Source of the DNA: Camelus dromedarius | Taxonomy: Eukaryota | Direction of reading: 5' to 3' | Length of the DNA stretch: 64,000 nt | Assembly: GCF_036321535.1 (NCBI RefSeq) | Contig: NC_087437.1 | Coordinates: 37,450,001 to 37,514,000 of the forward strand | In this document: one piece after another, positions 37,700 through 51,046 of the stretch | Position numbering within the stretch: position 1 is the stretch's first letter | Layout of the letters: every line of letters starts with the position of its first letter | Program-made: the position numbers and the translations under genes | Notes under the pieces: model-generated | Told to the model about the DNA's origin: nothing | What the model saw: the letters and a program-made list of their open reading frames with translations, nothing else | Databases searched by the model: none

Positions 37700-37875
37700 T
37701 GGTGGATCTAAACCCTAGATACACATTTGAATTGCTTAGTAAATTTTAAAATTCAGAACTGCAAAGAATTTTAAAAATCAAACACTTGACCACACTCCCC
37801 CAAATGTGGATTTATTTGGTCTCGAGTTGAATGCAGTTATCACTATTGTCAAATGCAGTTATCACTATTGTCAAA
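37700..37875. mobile_element. MER5/MER20-like hAT-Charlie fragment
   Basis: TCTAAACCCTAGATACACATTTGAATTGCTT...CACTCCCCCAAATGTGGATTTATTTGGTCT. Confidence 0.45.
37830..37873. repeat. Perfect 22-bp tandem duplication
   Basis: AATGCAGTTATCACTATTGTCA at 37830-37851 and 37852-37873. Confidence 0.95.
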
Positions 37876-39399
37876 AGCAGGATATAGTCAGGGCGCCACT
37901 GTACTCTCCTGCGTGGCTCAGACTAGTAAGGGGAGTAGCAGCAAAAATGGAGCCATGAACAGGGTATTTCCACTTTCCACTTTTCAGCAATGGAAATCTA
38001 GACTTCCTTACTTTGGATTGAGTAAGTAAATACCAGATATCCTTGGGAATATCTGGTGAAAATAATCCACAAAATATATTTCTCAAAATAGCGCCAACTA
38101 AATGATATGGTACCTTATGTAGTATTTCAAAGTTGTTGAGTAGGAAACATCAGACACATATGCCGATATTGTTTTGCATGCAGCCCCACAATTATATTTT
38201 TGTCTGAGTTAGCAAATTAATGGCTCAAAATTATATACAAGTATAATATTACATATATGAGTAAAAATCAAAAATACTATAATAATTTGATTTTTCCCAG
38301 AATGTTTTTAAATTGATTTGAAAATGCAAATACATTTCAAATCATCCTATAACTCTTACCTTGATAGATAATACAAAAAAATGAAATTTTGTTCCTTCAC
38401 TGATAACAGTAAATCTCTAATGGTAAAGGTTAGAATATTATAACTGGATGGATGATTATATCAAATTTACCTTTATATCACTGAAGGGCTTAGATATCTG
38501 TCCAATTCTAAAGGGCTTTTGGATTAGGAAAGAGGTACTGAATGGATTTTTTTTTCTTTTATAAAATGAATAGGCTTAAGTAGGAACCGAATGTCAAAGC
38601 CATGTTGCACAGATTTTACCAAAGGAAAAGGAGCAACTAATACAACTGGCAAAGGAAGAATTATCTCAGAGGGAGACACTGCAGACTATCTACACACATT
38701 GAAATTCTAGCCACAGGGAAAAATCCCTTTTAAGTGGAAAACATAAATTAGGTTCTGATGTGGATTTCATAGTAATAGACCTATAAAGCATCAACACATA
38801 GTATGGGAAATTGGTCCTTTTGTATCTTTTAATATTATGTTTATCATTTATGGTCAATTAAGTTTTAGGTTCAGGCTTCAATTCTTTAAAGAACACTCAG
38901 TAATAATAAATAAATAGTAAAAAGAAGTTGTTTAATTTACTGAAATTTTACCTTGTCATTGCTTACAGTAATTTCCAACTATCAGCTCGTTGGAGCCTAC
39001 ATTATCCTAGAGGCAGCCTGTGACTGAAGCCTATTCACATCAATTTGTTCCTTCAAGTTCTTTTTTTTCTTTTTTTTTCTGCCTTGGTTAGCTAACAACC
39101 TTTGAAATACATAATTACTCTGTTTGTGCCAATATGATAAGATAAAACAGACATGGCCCTTTCTATAAATTTATTCTTTATGGAGACTATTCATGTAAAA
39201 ATTACTAAAACAAGAAAAAAAATGATCTTTGGAAACATTTGCCTCCTATATATGTTTCAATTTTTTTTTTTTTTTACTATTTATGACTATTTTATAGCTA
39301 CTGTTAGCTAAAGCTGTATTTTAAAACTCAGAACATACTGGGAAATTATAGCAGAAAATGAAGTAAAATTTACATAATTATGTTATAGAATATATTATA

Positions 39400-39986
39400 T
39401 TGGTTAGATGTCTTAATATACAGAGGTAAAACAAGGTTTCCGTTGAGCAAACATGAAAGATGAGAATTTCGTAAACAAACATGAAGGAAAGGAAGCAAAT
39501 CTGAAGGTTAGTGATCAGAGAATGTGTAAGCTTAACAGTCTAACACTCCACATCTTATGTCAAGAAGCAGATGTTGAAAACGATGAGGCTTTGGATAGAG
39601 GTCTTTTTCAGGCACCTCTCCTGAGATCTCCTGACAAAGGAGGGGGAAATCTTGAAGACACTTTTCCATGCTTGACTCAGTACTCAGTACTTTTATACCC
39701 CTAACTTTTCTCTCATCTTCCCCTTGACCCCAGAACCTTTTGTTCTGCGGTCCCTAAGCAGTGAGGTGACCTCCGGGCTGATTCACCTGCCTTTTGCCAT
39801 GAATGGAAGAAGGAACAGGGGAAGTGGGTGCTTCTTCCAGTTTTAGACTCTTGCATATATCATCACAGTAAGTAATTAAATGTTTAATTGGCTACTCTGA
39901 CACTTGACAGCTCAGCTTTCTCTCTCTCCCAACTCAGCCGTGCTCCTGACATATCTTGAGAAAGATACAAATCTTATACCGAAACA
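39400..39986 (+). mobile_element. ERVL-group solo LTR (MER73/MER74/LTR40-like)
   Basis: GACCCCAGAACCTTTTGTTCTG, GTAAGTAATTAAA poly(A)-signal block, ends ...GAAACA. The 5' boundary is uncertain. Confidence 0.55.
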
Positions 39987-40569
39987 TGAAAGAAATAGCA
40001 AGGTCGTGTCCATTTTCCTGATTTGTAGATAATTCTAAAGTATTGGGAGCACTGTTAATTTTTAAAATTTTCGAGGAAACTGAAAAAATATAAAGTGTTC
40101 TACTAGTGGTTAATTGTTGTAAGTGACAGATGGTATAATATTAGAGTCACAGGAAAAACCACCTAATGGAGAATTATGCCTTGTATCTTCAGTTTTGTCT
40201 ATAGCCTTGACCTCCAAAAGCAAATTATAATTATACTAACATCATTGAATAAAGTGGAACTAAGTCAAAAATATGTGTACAACTCTCTAGTAAATTTGAA
40301 TAATCTTTGTAATTATAGAAAACAGTCACTTGGTTCTGAAAAATATCCCTTTGGTTCTCAAAATGCCACCTCATTAATTTATATGTCATCTTATATTTCT
40401 ATTCTATAGTGACAAGTTAAAATAAGTGAAAAGAAAAGTAGATGTCAATTCTGCAGACTGTTTAGAAAGTGGTCCTATTGACTAATTGGCTCCATTCTAA
40501 CTGCAATAAAATGATTTCCAAGCAGACTGAGAATTTTTATTTTTGGTATTAATATTACTAATTCTTCAG

Positions 40570-41100
40570 GCACCCGCTCTGGCTGCTGAAAAAGATTTTC
40601 TGTTTCTTTCCTCAGTCAATTTTTTTTTGTCACTACTTCCCAGGTACAGAACCTGTGCACTGTTAGTCATGTCAATCACATTTTACTTTTCTCCTGGATG
40701 TACAAATCTATTTCCTTAAATTCAACCACTTTTCATTCTCAAGAAGCAATTTCCAAACCAAATGCGGCTGTTTTCATGCTCTTGATTTTAGAATTTATCA
40801 CTTTGGCAGATTCTTTTAAAAACTCTCTGGTCTCTTTTTAATTAGGAAGTTTAGGTCTTTAGGGATGTTCCTTATTGTTAAAAAATATAATAAAGCATAT
40901 ATAAAGTACATTTTTCTCTTCTCATCTTAAAAAAACGTGTATTTATGTATTTTTTCTCTAGATCCTGCCATTCTGGAGATATCAATGTCAGCTACAAAGT
41001 ACTCCTGTGGCTCCATTCCCACACGTGTAAGAAAACCAGCTCCTTAAAATTGCTCCAAAATAGTTTTGTCAATCTCCAGGGATTGGGCTCCAGTAATGAG
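40570..41100 (-). mobile_element. Ancient L1/HAL1-like 5'/ORF1 fragment
   Basis: The minus strand is A/G-rich, with AAATCAAGAGCATGAAAACAG...TGATTGACATGACTAACAGTGCACA resembling degraded ORF1 coiled-coil sequence. Confidence 0.35.
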
Positions 41101-41904
41101 TCTTCCAACACAGACGACTGCTATTTTACCATTCTACTGCTCCTGCTCTGGATTATGTAAACTCGAATTTCTACAGATAATAAATGCAGAATATATGAAT
41201 TGAGGTCCCCTGAAGGCACCAGTGAATTCATGCTGCTACTGCTGCTATCATCTTTTCCAAGCTTGTGATGGTCCAAGATTTAAGAGTGGGTTTTACAGTA
41301 AGAGCGTCAATGTCCAGTGTTGAGGGAGTCAAAGGTAGCTGCAACCTCAGCCAGTGCTGAAGCTTCTGTTGTCAATGTATGGATCACCATCATGATGAAT
41401 CTACTGCCATCCTGGTCCCACGGTTCACTCTGGGACTAATCCTGTTTACACCTTGCACTGCTGGGTCAGAGACATTTTATAGAAATGGTTCCTTTGGGTT
41501 TTTCAAATATTTTTAAGTTTATTATTACTATCACTATTATTATTATTTGCAGTTTCTTAACATTGCACTCCCTCCCACTCTATTTGGACGTAAATATACA
41601 AGATCAGAGCCAATGTACATTTTGAAGATCAGAGAGTTATAGCTCTTAGAATGATTCCAGCCTTTCAAGACATATGTAATTTTTTCTAAAACAAATTTAA
41701 AATCTTTCCCATTAGAGTCCTTGTAACACATGGAAATAAAGCCCAGTCATTCATCCTACAGACATTCTGCGTGCTACAATGAATGCAGTTTGGACTCAGG
41801 TTGGGAAATTTGTTCTATAATGTATACAGATTGTTCATAACCTATATCCCCAACACACACACCAAACTGTACCAGTTATCTAACCAGAATTTTGATCCTG
41901 GAAT

Positions 41905-42051
41905 TAATAAGACCTCAAGTTTCATGAGAAGATCATTAGGGAGCTTACTGAAAATGGAGAATCTTGGGTCTTACCCCAAACATACTGATTCAGTTCTGCA
42001 TTTTAACAATCCCTAGAGAACTTTGTATACTTTGAAGGTTGAAAAACACTG
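41905..42051. mobile_element. MER5A-like hAT-Charlie MITE
   Basis: GGGAGCTTACTGAAAATGGAGAATCTTGGGTCTTACCCCAAACATACTGATTCAG...CTGCATTTTAACAA...TTGAAAAACACTG. Confidence 0.8.
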
Positions 42052-42524
42052 TCATAGCCATCCACCAGCTATCATTTAGCCATCCTAAGTTCAAGGTTTT
42101 CTCCTTCAACCAATAAACTACCTGCTGTTTCCAAACGACTTCATTCATAAACATTATCTCTTACTCTTCACTATACTCTCAGAACTTCTCATGTATAACC
42201 CAAATTGATGGACTTTTTAATGAGCAGTGCCAGTTATAAATATCATTATTCTACTTTCAATCTGTGGAACTTCATGCTGAACTTATATTTCTCATAATAC
42301 CACCTAGGTAATCTCCTCCAATTCACTACTAGTACTTCCCAATTTCCTCTGTTTCTTAAGTAATTTTGCAAACACTGTATGTTGCATCTTATTTAGAAGA
42401 AATCTTTAATTCAAGGATATAATAATGAAATCATCAACTATTTCTTGTGTGTTAGAATCTGTATCCACTGCACTTTGAAATGTCCTGATTATTTTTTTAA
42501 GGGTTATTTAGGTCTGCAACACTC

Positions 42525-42716
42525 TTGAGTTTGTACCAATGGATGTACATCAGAATCACCAAAGGGAAATGGTTTTAATTGCTAATAACTGTTTCTACAT
42601 GCAGAGATTTCAATTAGATGGAAGTGTGGGTTCTCCAGGCATGCACATATTGAAAAGAGAGAGAGAGAAAGAGAATCCAGCAAACACTAAACTGAAAATC
42701 AGTTAAGAATCACTAC
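42525..42716. mobile_element. MER5-like hAT-Charlie MITE
   Basis: GTACATCAGAATCACC...CAGAGATTTCAATT...CCAGGCATG...GTTAAGAATCACTA. Confidence 0.6.
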
Positions 42717-43479
42717 TTCAAATTAAGAACTAAATTAAGAACCCTTCCAAGTGTCCCTTTGTACCACCAGCAATGTATTTAGCTTTGCCCCAAAATCAGA
42801 ATAGTTCTTTTCCTAGGTAAGAGTTAGGCAGGTGTTATTCCTAGTAGCTCAACGATTTCTATGTTTACACCTTGTGACTGAATTCCAAACCAAGTCTCCA
42901 GACTCTAAAGACTGGATTATTTTTGCCCTGGGCGACAGCTTCCTAGACAAACAGGACCCTTCTATCCATCTTGGACTGCCTGCCCCATTCACTAAATTTA
43001 TCTGCTGCTTGGATTTCCACTTATTACTTATTGTTTCCTTGCTGTGATGACTGCCATGGTTTTTGTATTTAGCTTGAATTTTAGCTAATTACCTTGCACA
43101 CAACTGTTTTCATTTTGTACCATGACTTTCCTTATTTTAATGATGTTATATTTTAATTTTTAAAACTTACCTCTGGTCTCTCTCTCAAGGATGGGTAATC
43201 AATCAATCTCCACCTCTCAAATAACAGGTTCTCCCAAACTCCCACGTACCTTTCATTACTTGTATCCACATCACAAGCTAGTCATCAAACCACAGCTTTC
43301 AGAGAAATAAGAAGCACTTCCAAGGATTGGAAGGGAAGGTGTCACATTTAAGTATCATTAACTGACTTTAAGAAATATAACACCTTTAAAGATGATTGAT
43401 TTTTCCAGGAAAAGAAACACTACCCATGAATAGTTCAATCAATGGTAGTTGATAGATTAATTTAACAACCCCCAACTGA

Positions 43480-43620
43480 TTTAAATTTGTTTCTCTTTGA
43501 ATTTGCCATCCCCTCTGTATTTGTTAGATGACCTTGGAAAAGCTTATTATTTCTTTGAGCCTGAATTTATAATCTATTCTACTGGGTAACAGTAAATACT
43601 CTGAAGGTATCTTGTGAGGA
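43480..43620 (+). mobile_element. MIR fragment
   Basis: TGACCTTGGAAAAGCTTATTATTTCTTTGAGCCTGAATTT...TTGTGAGGA. Confidence 0.6.
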
Positions 43621-44934
43621 CCTCAGCGTCCACAATTTTACATTCCATGAGACCACAGCACTTCCCCAAACCTCCAGGGACTCACATAGGGTTTATACAT
43701 TTTTCCAAATAAAAATGAAAGCAAAATCCACAACTATCAGGTTCTTTCATATAATAAAATAAAACCATTTTAACACGAAGAAGTGATATCAACTCAGAAT
43801 AAAAATAAAATCTTATAAACTTAAAACACATTTATCCTTTCAAAAAACTGTAATTTACATAATGTTTTTCTCATTTTACTTTAGACTTCTGAATATTTTG
43901 TTATGAACTGAGCAGTATGCATGTAGCACAATATAAGCCATAGAGCAGGTGTTCATAGCCGATTAGTTCTCCTCTTTTCTAATGGTACAATTAGCTAGAA
44001 AATTTCAGGAGAAAAATTATTTTATTTTGTAAAAGATTAAAATTTCCCTACTCCCTCTAAGCACTTATTTTTATTCTTATTCTACTTCCTATATCACATA
44101 ATGAAACTCGAGACTGAGTTCTTTATTAATATTCACACAGTTTCCTCAGATAATTTTTATTTGAGAAAATGCAATTTATTTTTGAGTCTCTATCATATGC
44201 ATTACAAGGAAAAACAATAAGGGTGGAAATCATGATTCCTATGGGATTTCCATGGGACTTTGAAATTTGGTGATTATTATACTTGAGTGAAAATATTAAC
44301 TGTAAAAACTGTATAGTGATATTTGACTGTAATTTTAAGGCTTACACTGAATTCTGAATATAATGCACAGAATTCTGCTACATTTTTTAAATAAAAACAT
44401 TTTAAATACTTCAAGGAACAACTTTCTTGATTGCACCATCACTGCTATTAGCTTCTTGATTGGATAATCATTATTTTTGCAGCAAGTGTTCTTCTTTACA
44501 AGAGGTAACCAAGTGCTCAGTGTTGGAATTCAAAAATGCAGTCTTATTCTCAAAAAATAAACATTGTACATTTCCTACAGCCTATGTTCCCTTGAGTAAT
44601 ATCATAACATACTCCCTTTGATTTATTTTTGTCCCTAGTTGTCAATTAGCTTAGGAGAAACTGTCATTCACTGCAGTGTCTTAAATTCTATGACCAGAGG
44701 TTTTCTAGTATGTCATCTGTCAAAATGTCAACAAGAAAAGGCATTTTTCTTTGTTAACTTTTAAGAATATTTTCCAGAAATACTATTTTGTTATCTGGCA
44801 TACGTTTAAATAAGGTCCTCCTCAAGTAATTTTAAAAGCCATGAAAACATCAGAAGTCCACACACAGATGCCAAAAAGAAAATTTCAAAATATTCATTTA
44901 TTTTGCTGTATCAGTAAAGCATTTTTATTTAAAC

Positions 44935-46370
44935 AATAAAAAATAAATAAATCAACCAAAGAAGACACAAATAAGTGAAAAGATATCCTGTGTTCATGGA
45001 TTGAAAGAGTTAATATTGTTAAAACGTCCATTCTACCGAAAGCTATCTAGAGATTCAATGCAATCCCTATCAAAATTCTAGTGGCATTTTTCACAAAAAT
45101 TTTTTAAAAATCCTAAAAGTCATATGAAACTACAACCCTGAAGAACTAAAGCAATCTTAAACAAGAAGGACAAAGCTGGAGGCCTCATACCTCCTGACAT
45201 CAAATTATATTACAAAGCTGTAGTAATCAAAACAGTCTAGTATGGATACCAAACAGACACATAGACCAGTGGAACAGAAAAGAGATTCCAGAAACAATCC
45301 CATGCATGTGTAGTCAACTAATATTTGACAAAAGTGTCAAGAATACAGAGGAGGAAAGGACAGTCTGATCAGTAAATGGTGTTGTTAAAGTTGGATATTG
45401 ACATGCAAAAGAATTAAATTGAATTCTTATCTCACACCATACATAAAAATAACCTGAAAATGGATTAAAGATTTAAATGTAAGACCTGCAACTGTACAAC
45501 TCCTAGGAAGAAAACATAGAGGCAAAACTCCTTAACATTGGTCTTTTCAATTATTTTTTTAAATTACATCAAAAGCAGCATTGTTCACAATAGCCAAGCC
45601 ATGGAACAACCTCAGTGTCCAACAATGGATAAATAAATAAATGTGATACAAAAATGTTACTCAATATATAATACACTACCCATAATAAAGCCATAAAATA
45701 AAAGGAAATCCTGCCATTTGTGACAATGCAGATGACAATGTGCTAAGTATCATAATAAAAGGGCATTAGTAAGAATCAGTGGCATCAATCAGAAAAGCTC
45801 TTGTAGGATTTTACACCTAAATATACCTACAGACTGGTTTCTTCTTCTTGTCTCTACTAATGAACATTTGTTAGGTTCCAGAGTTCAAGAAGCACTTAAA
45901 ATATTCAGTTTCATGTTGTTTATATAACTACTTAATTATCTCTAAGTGAAATACAGACACAGAAGGACAAATATGGCATGATCTCTCTTATATGTGGTAT
46001 CTAGGGAAAAAAAAGATGTCGAACTCATAAAAACAAAGTAGAATGAATGGTGGCCACCAGAGGCTGAAGGGGTCTGGAGTGGATGAGTAAAAGGGAAATA
46101 CCAAAGTGTGCAAATTTTCAGTTATAAGATGAATAAATTCTGGTGACTGTAATTAATAGTAATGTATTGCATATTTGAAATTTGCTAAGGAAGTAAATCT
46201 CAACTGTTCTCACGAACACACACAAAAAAGGTAATATTTGAGATTACAGAAATGTTAATTAGTTAAATTGTGGTCATCATTTCACAATGTATACTAGCGT
46301 ATACATATATCAAAACATCACATTGTACACTGTAAACAGGTGGAATTTTCTTTGTCAAAAAATAAATTAA
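44935..46370 (+). mobile_element. 5'-truncated L1 (L1MA8/9-like): ORF2 C-terminal part and 3' UTR, with an internal deletion and a 193-bp insert
   Basis: AAAGAAGACACAAATAAGTGAAAAGATATCCTGTGTTCATGGATTGAAAGAGTTAATATTGTTAAAA; jump at ~45575 to GCAGCATTGTTCACAATAGCCAAG; L1MA-type tail GAAATTTGCTAAG...AAAACATCACATTGTACAC. Confidence 0.92.
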
Positions 46371-46844
46371 ATTATATTTGAAAATAAAAACCATAGATAA
46401 GCCCAATGTTTTTGTACAAAGAGAACTTTGCAGCTGGAGTAGTGTCATACGAAATGAATGTCTTTTTAACATAAAGATAAATAAAACAAACTATAGGAAG
46501 TGCTCAAATTACAATTACCTACCTTACATGGTTGATGTTTCAAAATTCTGTAGGTCATTTGTTTGACACATCTTTTCTCACAGCAAGATGTTTGAAAAAG
46601 AAGGACAAAAATATAGAGTCTGATACAACCCCAAATGGGCATAAAGGATGATATGCTTTCATACTTTGTTTTCATCAGATATTAACATATTATTTTCAAA
46701 ACTATATAACTATACAAAATAAAATATAGAGTGATCATTAAATGAAAATATAAATTAAATGCAACTAAATATTTTTAAATGACTCGAAGTCTGGAACCTA
46801 AGGAGAAGTATGTATTAATAGTGGAAAGACAAATAAAAGTGTAT

Positions 46845-47060
46845 AGGTAAGTATGATGTTAGCCAGTAGGTACGATTTTGTAGATGTTTCTTAACAAGCT
46901 GAGGAAATTATTCTTTATTTCCAATTTGTAGAGTATTTTTTTATTCACAAATTGGTGCTGGGTTTTATAAAATTTTTTTGTATCCCTTGATAGGATTATA
47001 TGACCTTCCTAACTTTACCCTGTTACTGTGGTTAATATATTTATTGATTTTTGAGTATTT
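46845..47060 (-). mobile_element. Old L1 ORF2 fragment
   Basis: AAGTATGATGTTAGCC...TTTTGTAGATGTTTCTTAACAAGCTGAGGAAATT. Confidence 0.6.
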
Positions 47061-48204
47061 TTGCATATTATATCTATTTTATACTAATATATGTTTAATT
47101 TAAAACATGCTAAAATTATGTTAAATTTAAATTGAAATGTATCATATTAAAAAACAGAAATCAAAACTCAAAAAAGTATACAGGTAATTTTAGGTTGTGA
47201 AGTCTTACAAGAGCTTTTCTGACTGATGCCACTGACTCTTACTAATGCCCTTTTACTCTGATAAAAGTATAGTATAAGCTCTACTTCTGTTGCTACTCAT
47301 TTGCAACTATGATTGTTCAGAAACTTATAAATATAATTTTTAAAGAAGAGAGAGGATAGAAAGTTTTCTTTTTCCTTTTCCTGAAAATATTTGAATAAAA
47401 GAGAACAGAGAAAAGGAGAAAAAAAGGTTAAAAAGTTGTTGTTTTCTTTTAAATGCAGATGTGTATATAGGTTTCTAGAATTAAACTGTGAAAGCATGTA
47501 GAAATGTTGGAAGGGAAATCTGGACCTGTTGTTTGGGTAATCATTTGTCTAAAAAGCTTTACAGGGTAAACTGAGGTGGCAAATATGAGCAGCTACTACT
47601 ACGTGCGAGACCGAACAGCTACCAGTAGGTGCAAGATAATTAAAAGTAAAGACTTGTTCTTAAGTCTTTACATGGAATACTAAGTCTATAATTCCTTAAA
47701 GAAAACTGTATTAAAATATTTTCTATACTACTCAAAATGTATTAATATGTAATTATAAAAAGACATCTGACCAATAGGCATTCAAGGTTAATTTAGTCAA
47801 ATATAGGATGTTTGCTTTATCTTAATTAGGTATGAATCTTGCTAATTTAATGAGAATTTTTTGTTGGTGTCCCCATGACTCAGACCGTCTATATTTGGAA
47901 CATGAATTATAAAAATTTCCAGTCATTTACTGCATTCAAGAAAATCTATCAGTATTGGTTTAGCTACATTGAAAAGACTGCTTCAGATAATAATACAGGA
48001 CAACTAGCTGAAACACTGTAATCAACAATTATATCTTAAATGTAGCATTCCGTATATCTTCAGTTAATAGCAGATTCTGAGGTACTGCCTTTGTTCTCTT
48101 TGCTCATAATCTTTCAGTTTCCTTGTATTTTATTTAAGTCACTGGAGACAGCCCTACTTGTATATTCAGAGTATTCTCCTGCCTCTCTGGGCTGAGCATG
48201 TGAT

Positions 48205-48428
48205 TCTTCATTTCTGTTGGCTTACTGATGCCTCCGATAATCTAATGAATTCTATGAATTCACTGCATTCTCTTCTTACAAAAATGCTCGTGTTTATTGT
48301 TTGAGATAATGTATTCAAATTGTTTACATATATAATTTTTCATACAATTTTAGATAGTTTCCAGATACTCAGAAGTCCCTCCATATTCTCCCTAAGAAAC
48401 TGTAGATTCTAGGGTAAGAAGCTGTGTT
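48205..48428. mobile_element. MER117-like hAT-Charlie MITE
   Basis: AATCTAATGAATTCTATGAA...CAAAAATGCTC...ATTTTTCATACAATTTTAG...GGGTAAGAAGC. Confidence 0.6.
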
Positions 48429-48474
48429 CCAAAGCTGCAAACTCTTTTTTGAGATTCTACTTCAAAGGCAAGTT

Positions 48475-49450
48475 CCATAAAATAATCAATAAACTACACT
48501 TGAATATAATTAATAACCTCTGCTTTGCGGAAGATAATGGCACTAGAATGAGAAGACAAATCACAGACTATGAGACTATTTGCAAAAGACATCTGATAAA
48601 GGACTGTCATCCAAAATAGACAAAGAACTCTTAAAACTCAACAATCAGAATATGAACCTCTTGAATAAAATTGAACAAAAGGCCTGTGCAGACACCTCAC
48701 CTAAAAAGATATACAGAGGGCAAATAAGCACATGCAAAGATGTTCAATACTACATGCCATGAGGGAATCAAAAATTAAAACAATAAGCTACTACTATTCA
48801 CCTATTACAAAGGCCAAAATCACAACCACTGACAACACCAAATACTGGCAAGAATGTGGAACAACAGGAACTCTCATTCACTGCTGGTGGGAATTCAAAA
48901 TGATACAGCCACTCTGGAAGACAGTTTGGCAGTTTCTTATAAAACAGAACATATATTTACCCTACAGTCTGGACATCATACTCTTCAGTATTTATCCAAA
49001 TAAATTGAAAACATTATGTCCAAACAAAAACTTGCACATGGTTTAAACAACTTTATTCATAATTGCCCAAACCTTGAAGCTACCAAGATGTCCTTCAATA
49101 GGTGAATGAGTAAATAAACTGTGGTATACCCAGACAAGGGAATATTAACCAGCACTGAAAAGAAATGAGTTATCAAGCTATGAGATGACATGGAGGAACC
49201 TCAAATGCATATTACTAGGTAAAAGAAGCGAATATGAAAAAGCTTTATATTATATGATTCCAACCATATGACACTATGGAAATGCAAAACCACAGACAGT
49301 ACAAAGATCAGTGATTATCCATCAGGGGTTAGTGAGAAGAGAGATGAATAGTCAGAGCATAGAGGGGTTTTATGACAATAAAACTATTCTGTATGATAAT
49401 ATAAGGGCAGATACATGTTAGTATACATTTGCCCAAACCCACAGAATTTA
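48475..49450 (+). mobile_element. L1MC1-like 3' part (ORF2 C-terminus and 3' UTR)
   Basis: ORF 48732-49046 contains the L1 ORF2 C-terminal KYWQECGTTGTLIHCWWEFKMIQPLWKTVWQFL. L1MC-type UTR AAAGATCAGTG...TATACATTTGCCCAAACCCACAGAAT. Confidence 0.92.
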
Positions 49451-50182
49451 CTGCTGCCTGAAATATACAAAGAGGCCAGAATCCTCAAGAGAAAACTTAC
49501 CCCAAGATGGCAGAGAAGGAGGACATTGCCTGATGATTCCCTTCTTCATTCATGTAAAATAAACTCAGCTGCTTTTTCTTGGCAGAAAGTTACACAATTT
49601 ATGTCACATATTTTTCTTTCTCCCATAAAAGGAATGAGATAAATCTTCTATTCAATCTATAAAAGAAAAAATTGAATAAAACCTGTGTAAGTGTAAGCAG
49701 AATTTATTTATATTTTTATACATTACCAACTTCCAGAAAAGTCTCTGTAATGATTTATAATAAAAACACAAAAGTCTAATTTTAAATGAAGGCAGAATTT
49801 TAAAATGTAAACACCACTGAGTAGAAAACAGCTCCACACTTACAAAAAGCCAAGGGAGTGGGGAAAATTTTTAGATAATAACTTACTATCTGTTAAAAAT
49901 GTATTTCTTCTTTGGAAATCTGCCAGCTTCTTAATATCTTTTAACCCTGAGAGAATTTTATCAAAGGAGTTTGAAATAGGAGAGCTTTCACAAGATATTG
50001 GACAGTAGCCTTTTGTAATAATTTTTATAGTATAATATTTTCTAATTACTTCTAGGCTTTATGTAAAAATCAACTATTAGTTGAAGGTGATGCCTACACA
50101 CATAGATATCTCCTTTAGTTGATGTTCCCTTCTGAATATGTCCTTTCAGTTTTAGTTTGAGATTGAGGAAACAATGAAAATA

Positions 50183-50650
50183 CAGATCTTCCTGAACTTG
50201 GGATGGTGTTACATCCTGATAAACTCATCGTTGAGTTAAAATGCATTTAACATAATGTACTGAACGTCATAGCTTAGCCTAGCCTACCTTAAACTTACTC
50301 AGAACACTTACATTATTTGGGCAAAAATCATCTAACGCAAAGACTATTTTATAATAAAATGTTGAATATTTTATGTAATTTATTGGATACAGAACTGAAA
50401 GTAAAAAACAGAATGGTCACGTGGGTACAGAATGGCTGTAAGTATACAGGCTGTTAACCCTCCTGACCCCCATGACTGACTGGGAGCTGCTGCATTTTGA
50501 GGGAGTATCATGGCACATCTCGCTAGCCCAGGAAAAGATCACAATTCAAAAAAGTACAGTTTCTACTTAATTCATAGCTTTCACACCATTGTGAAGTTCA
50601 AAAAATAAAAAAAATCGTAAGTCAAACCATGGTAAGTCGGGAATTGTCTG
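50183..50650. mobile_element. MER47/Tigger5-family MITE, full length, TA TSD
   Basis: TA|CAGATCTTCCTGAACTT...AAGTCGGGAATTGTCTG|TA; internal CATAGCTTAGCCTAGCCTACCTTAAAC and CGTAAGTCAAACCATGGTAAGTCGGG. Confidence 0.9.
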
Positions 50651-51046
50651 TAGTTAACTATTCTTCCTCCTTATTTCAACTTGACAATTCTCTTTTTTTT
50701 TCTTTGTGTAGAGAGAGCTCTGCATTAATTAATTTTATATTTCAAAGGCCATTAAATTTTATGTAGGAGTCCTCTTTTTTAAAACAATCAAAGTAGATGA
50801 GCTTTAAGTAGGTAATAGATAGATGACAATTAAATATATGAAAAGGTGACATCTAGCTCAACATGGTGGGCTAGACACATGAATTTACTTCCCCAGATTC
50901 TATTTATATAAGTTGTACCAAAAGAAAAGATAAAATCCATAAAAATCATTGAGAGTATAGAGGAACAGGCATCAGAAGCAGCATGGAAATTTGCTGAAAT
51001 CTTGATAGACAGAATATAAAAGTGGATATATCAATGAATATGGAGC

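Noticed and set aside
48580..49046. ORFs with HCWW/PLWK motifs
   Set aside because: Fragments of the L1 ORF2 C-terminus, frameshifted; not a host gene.
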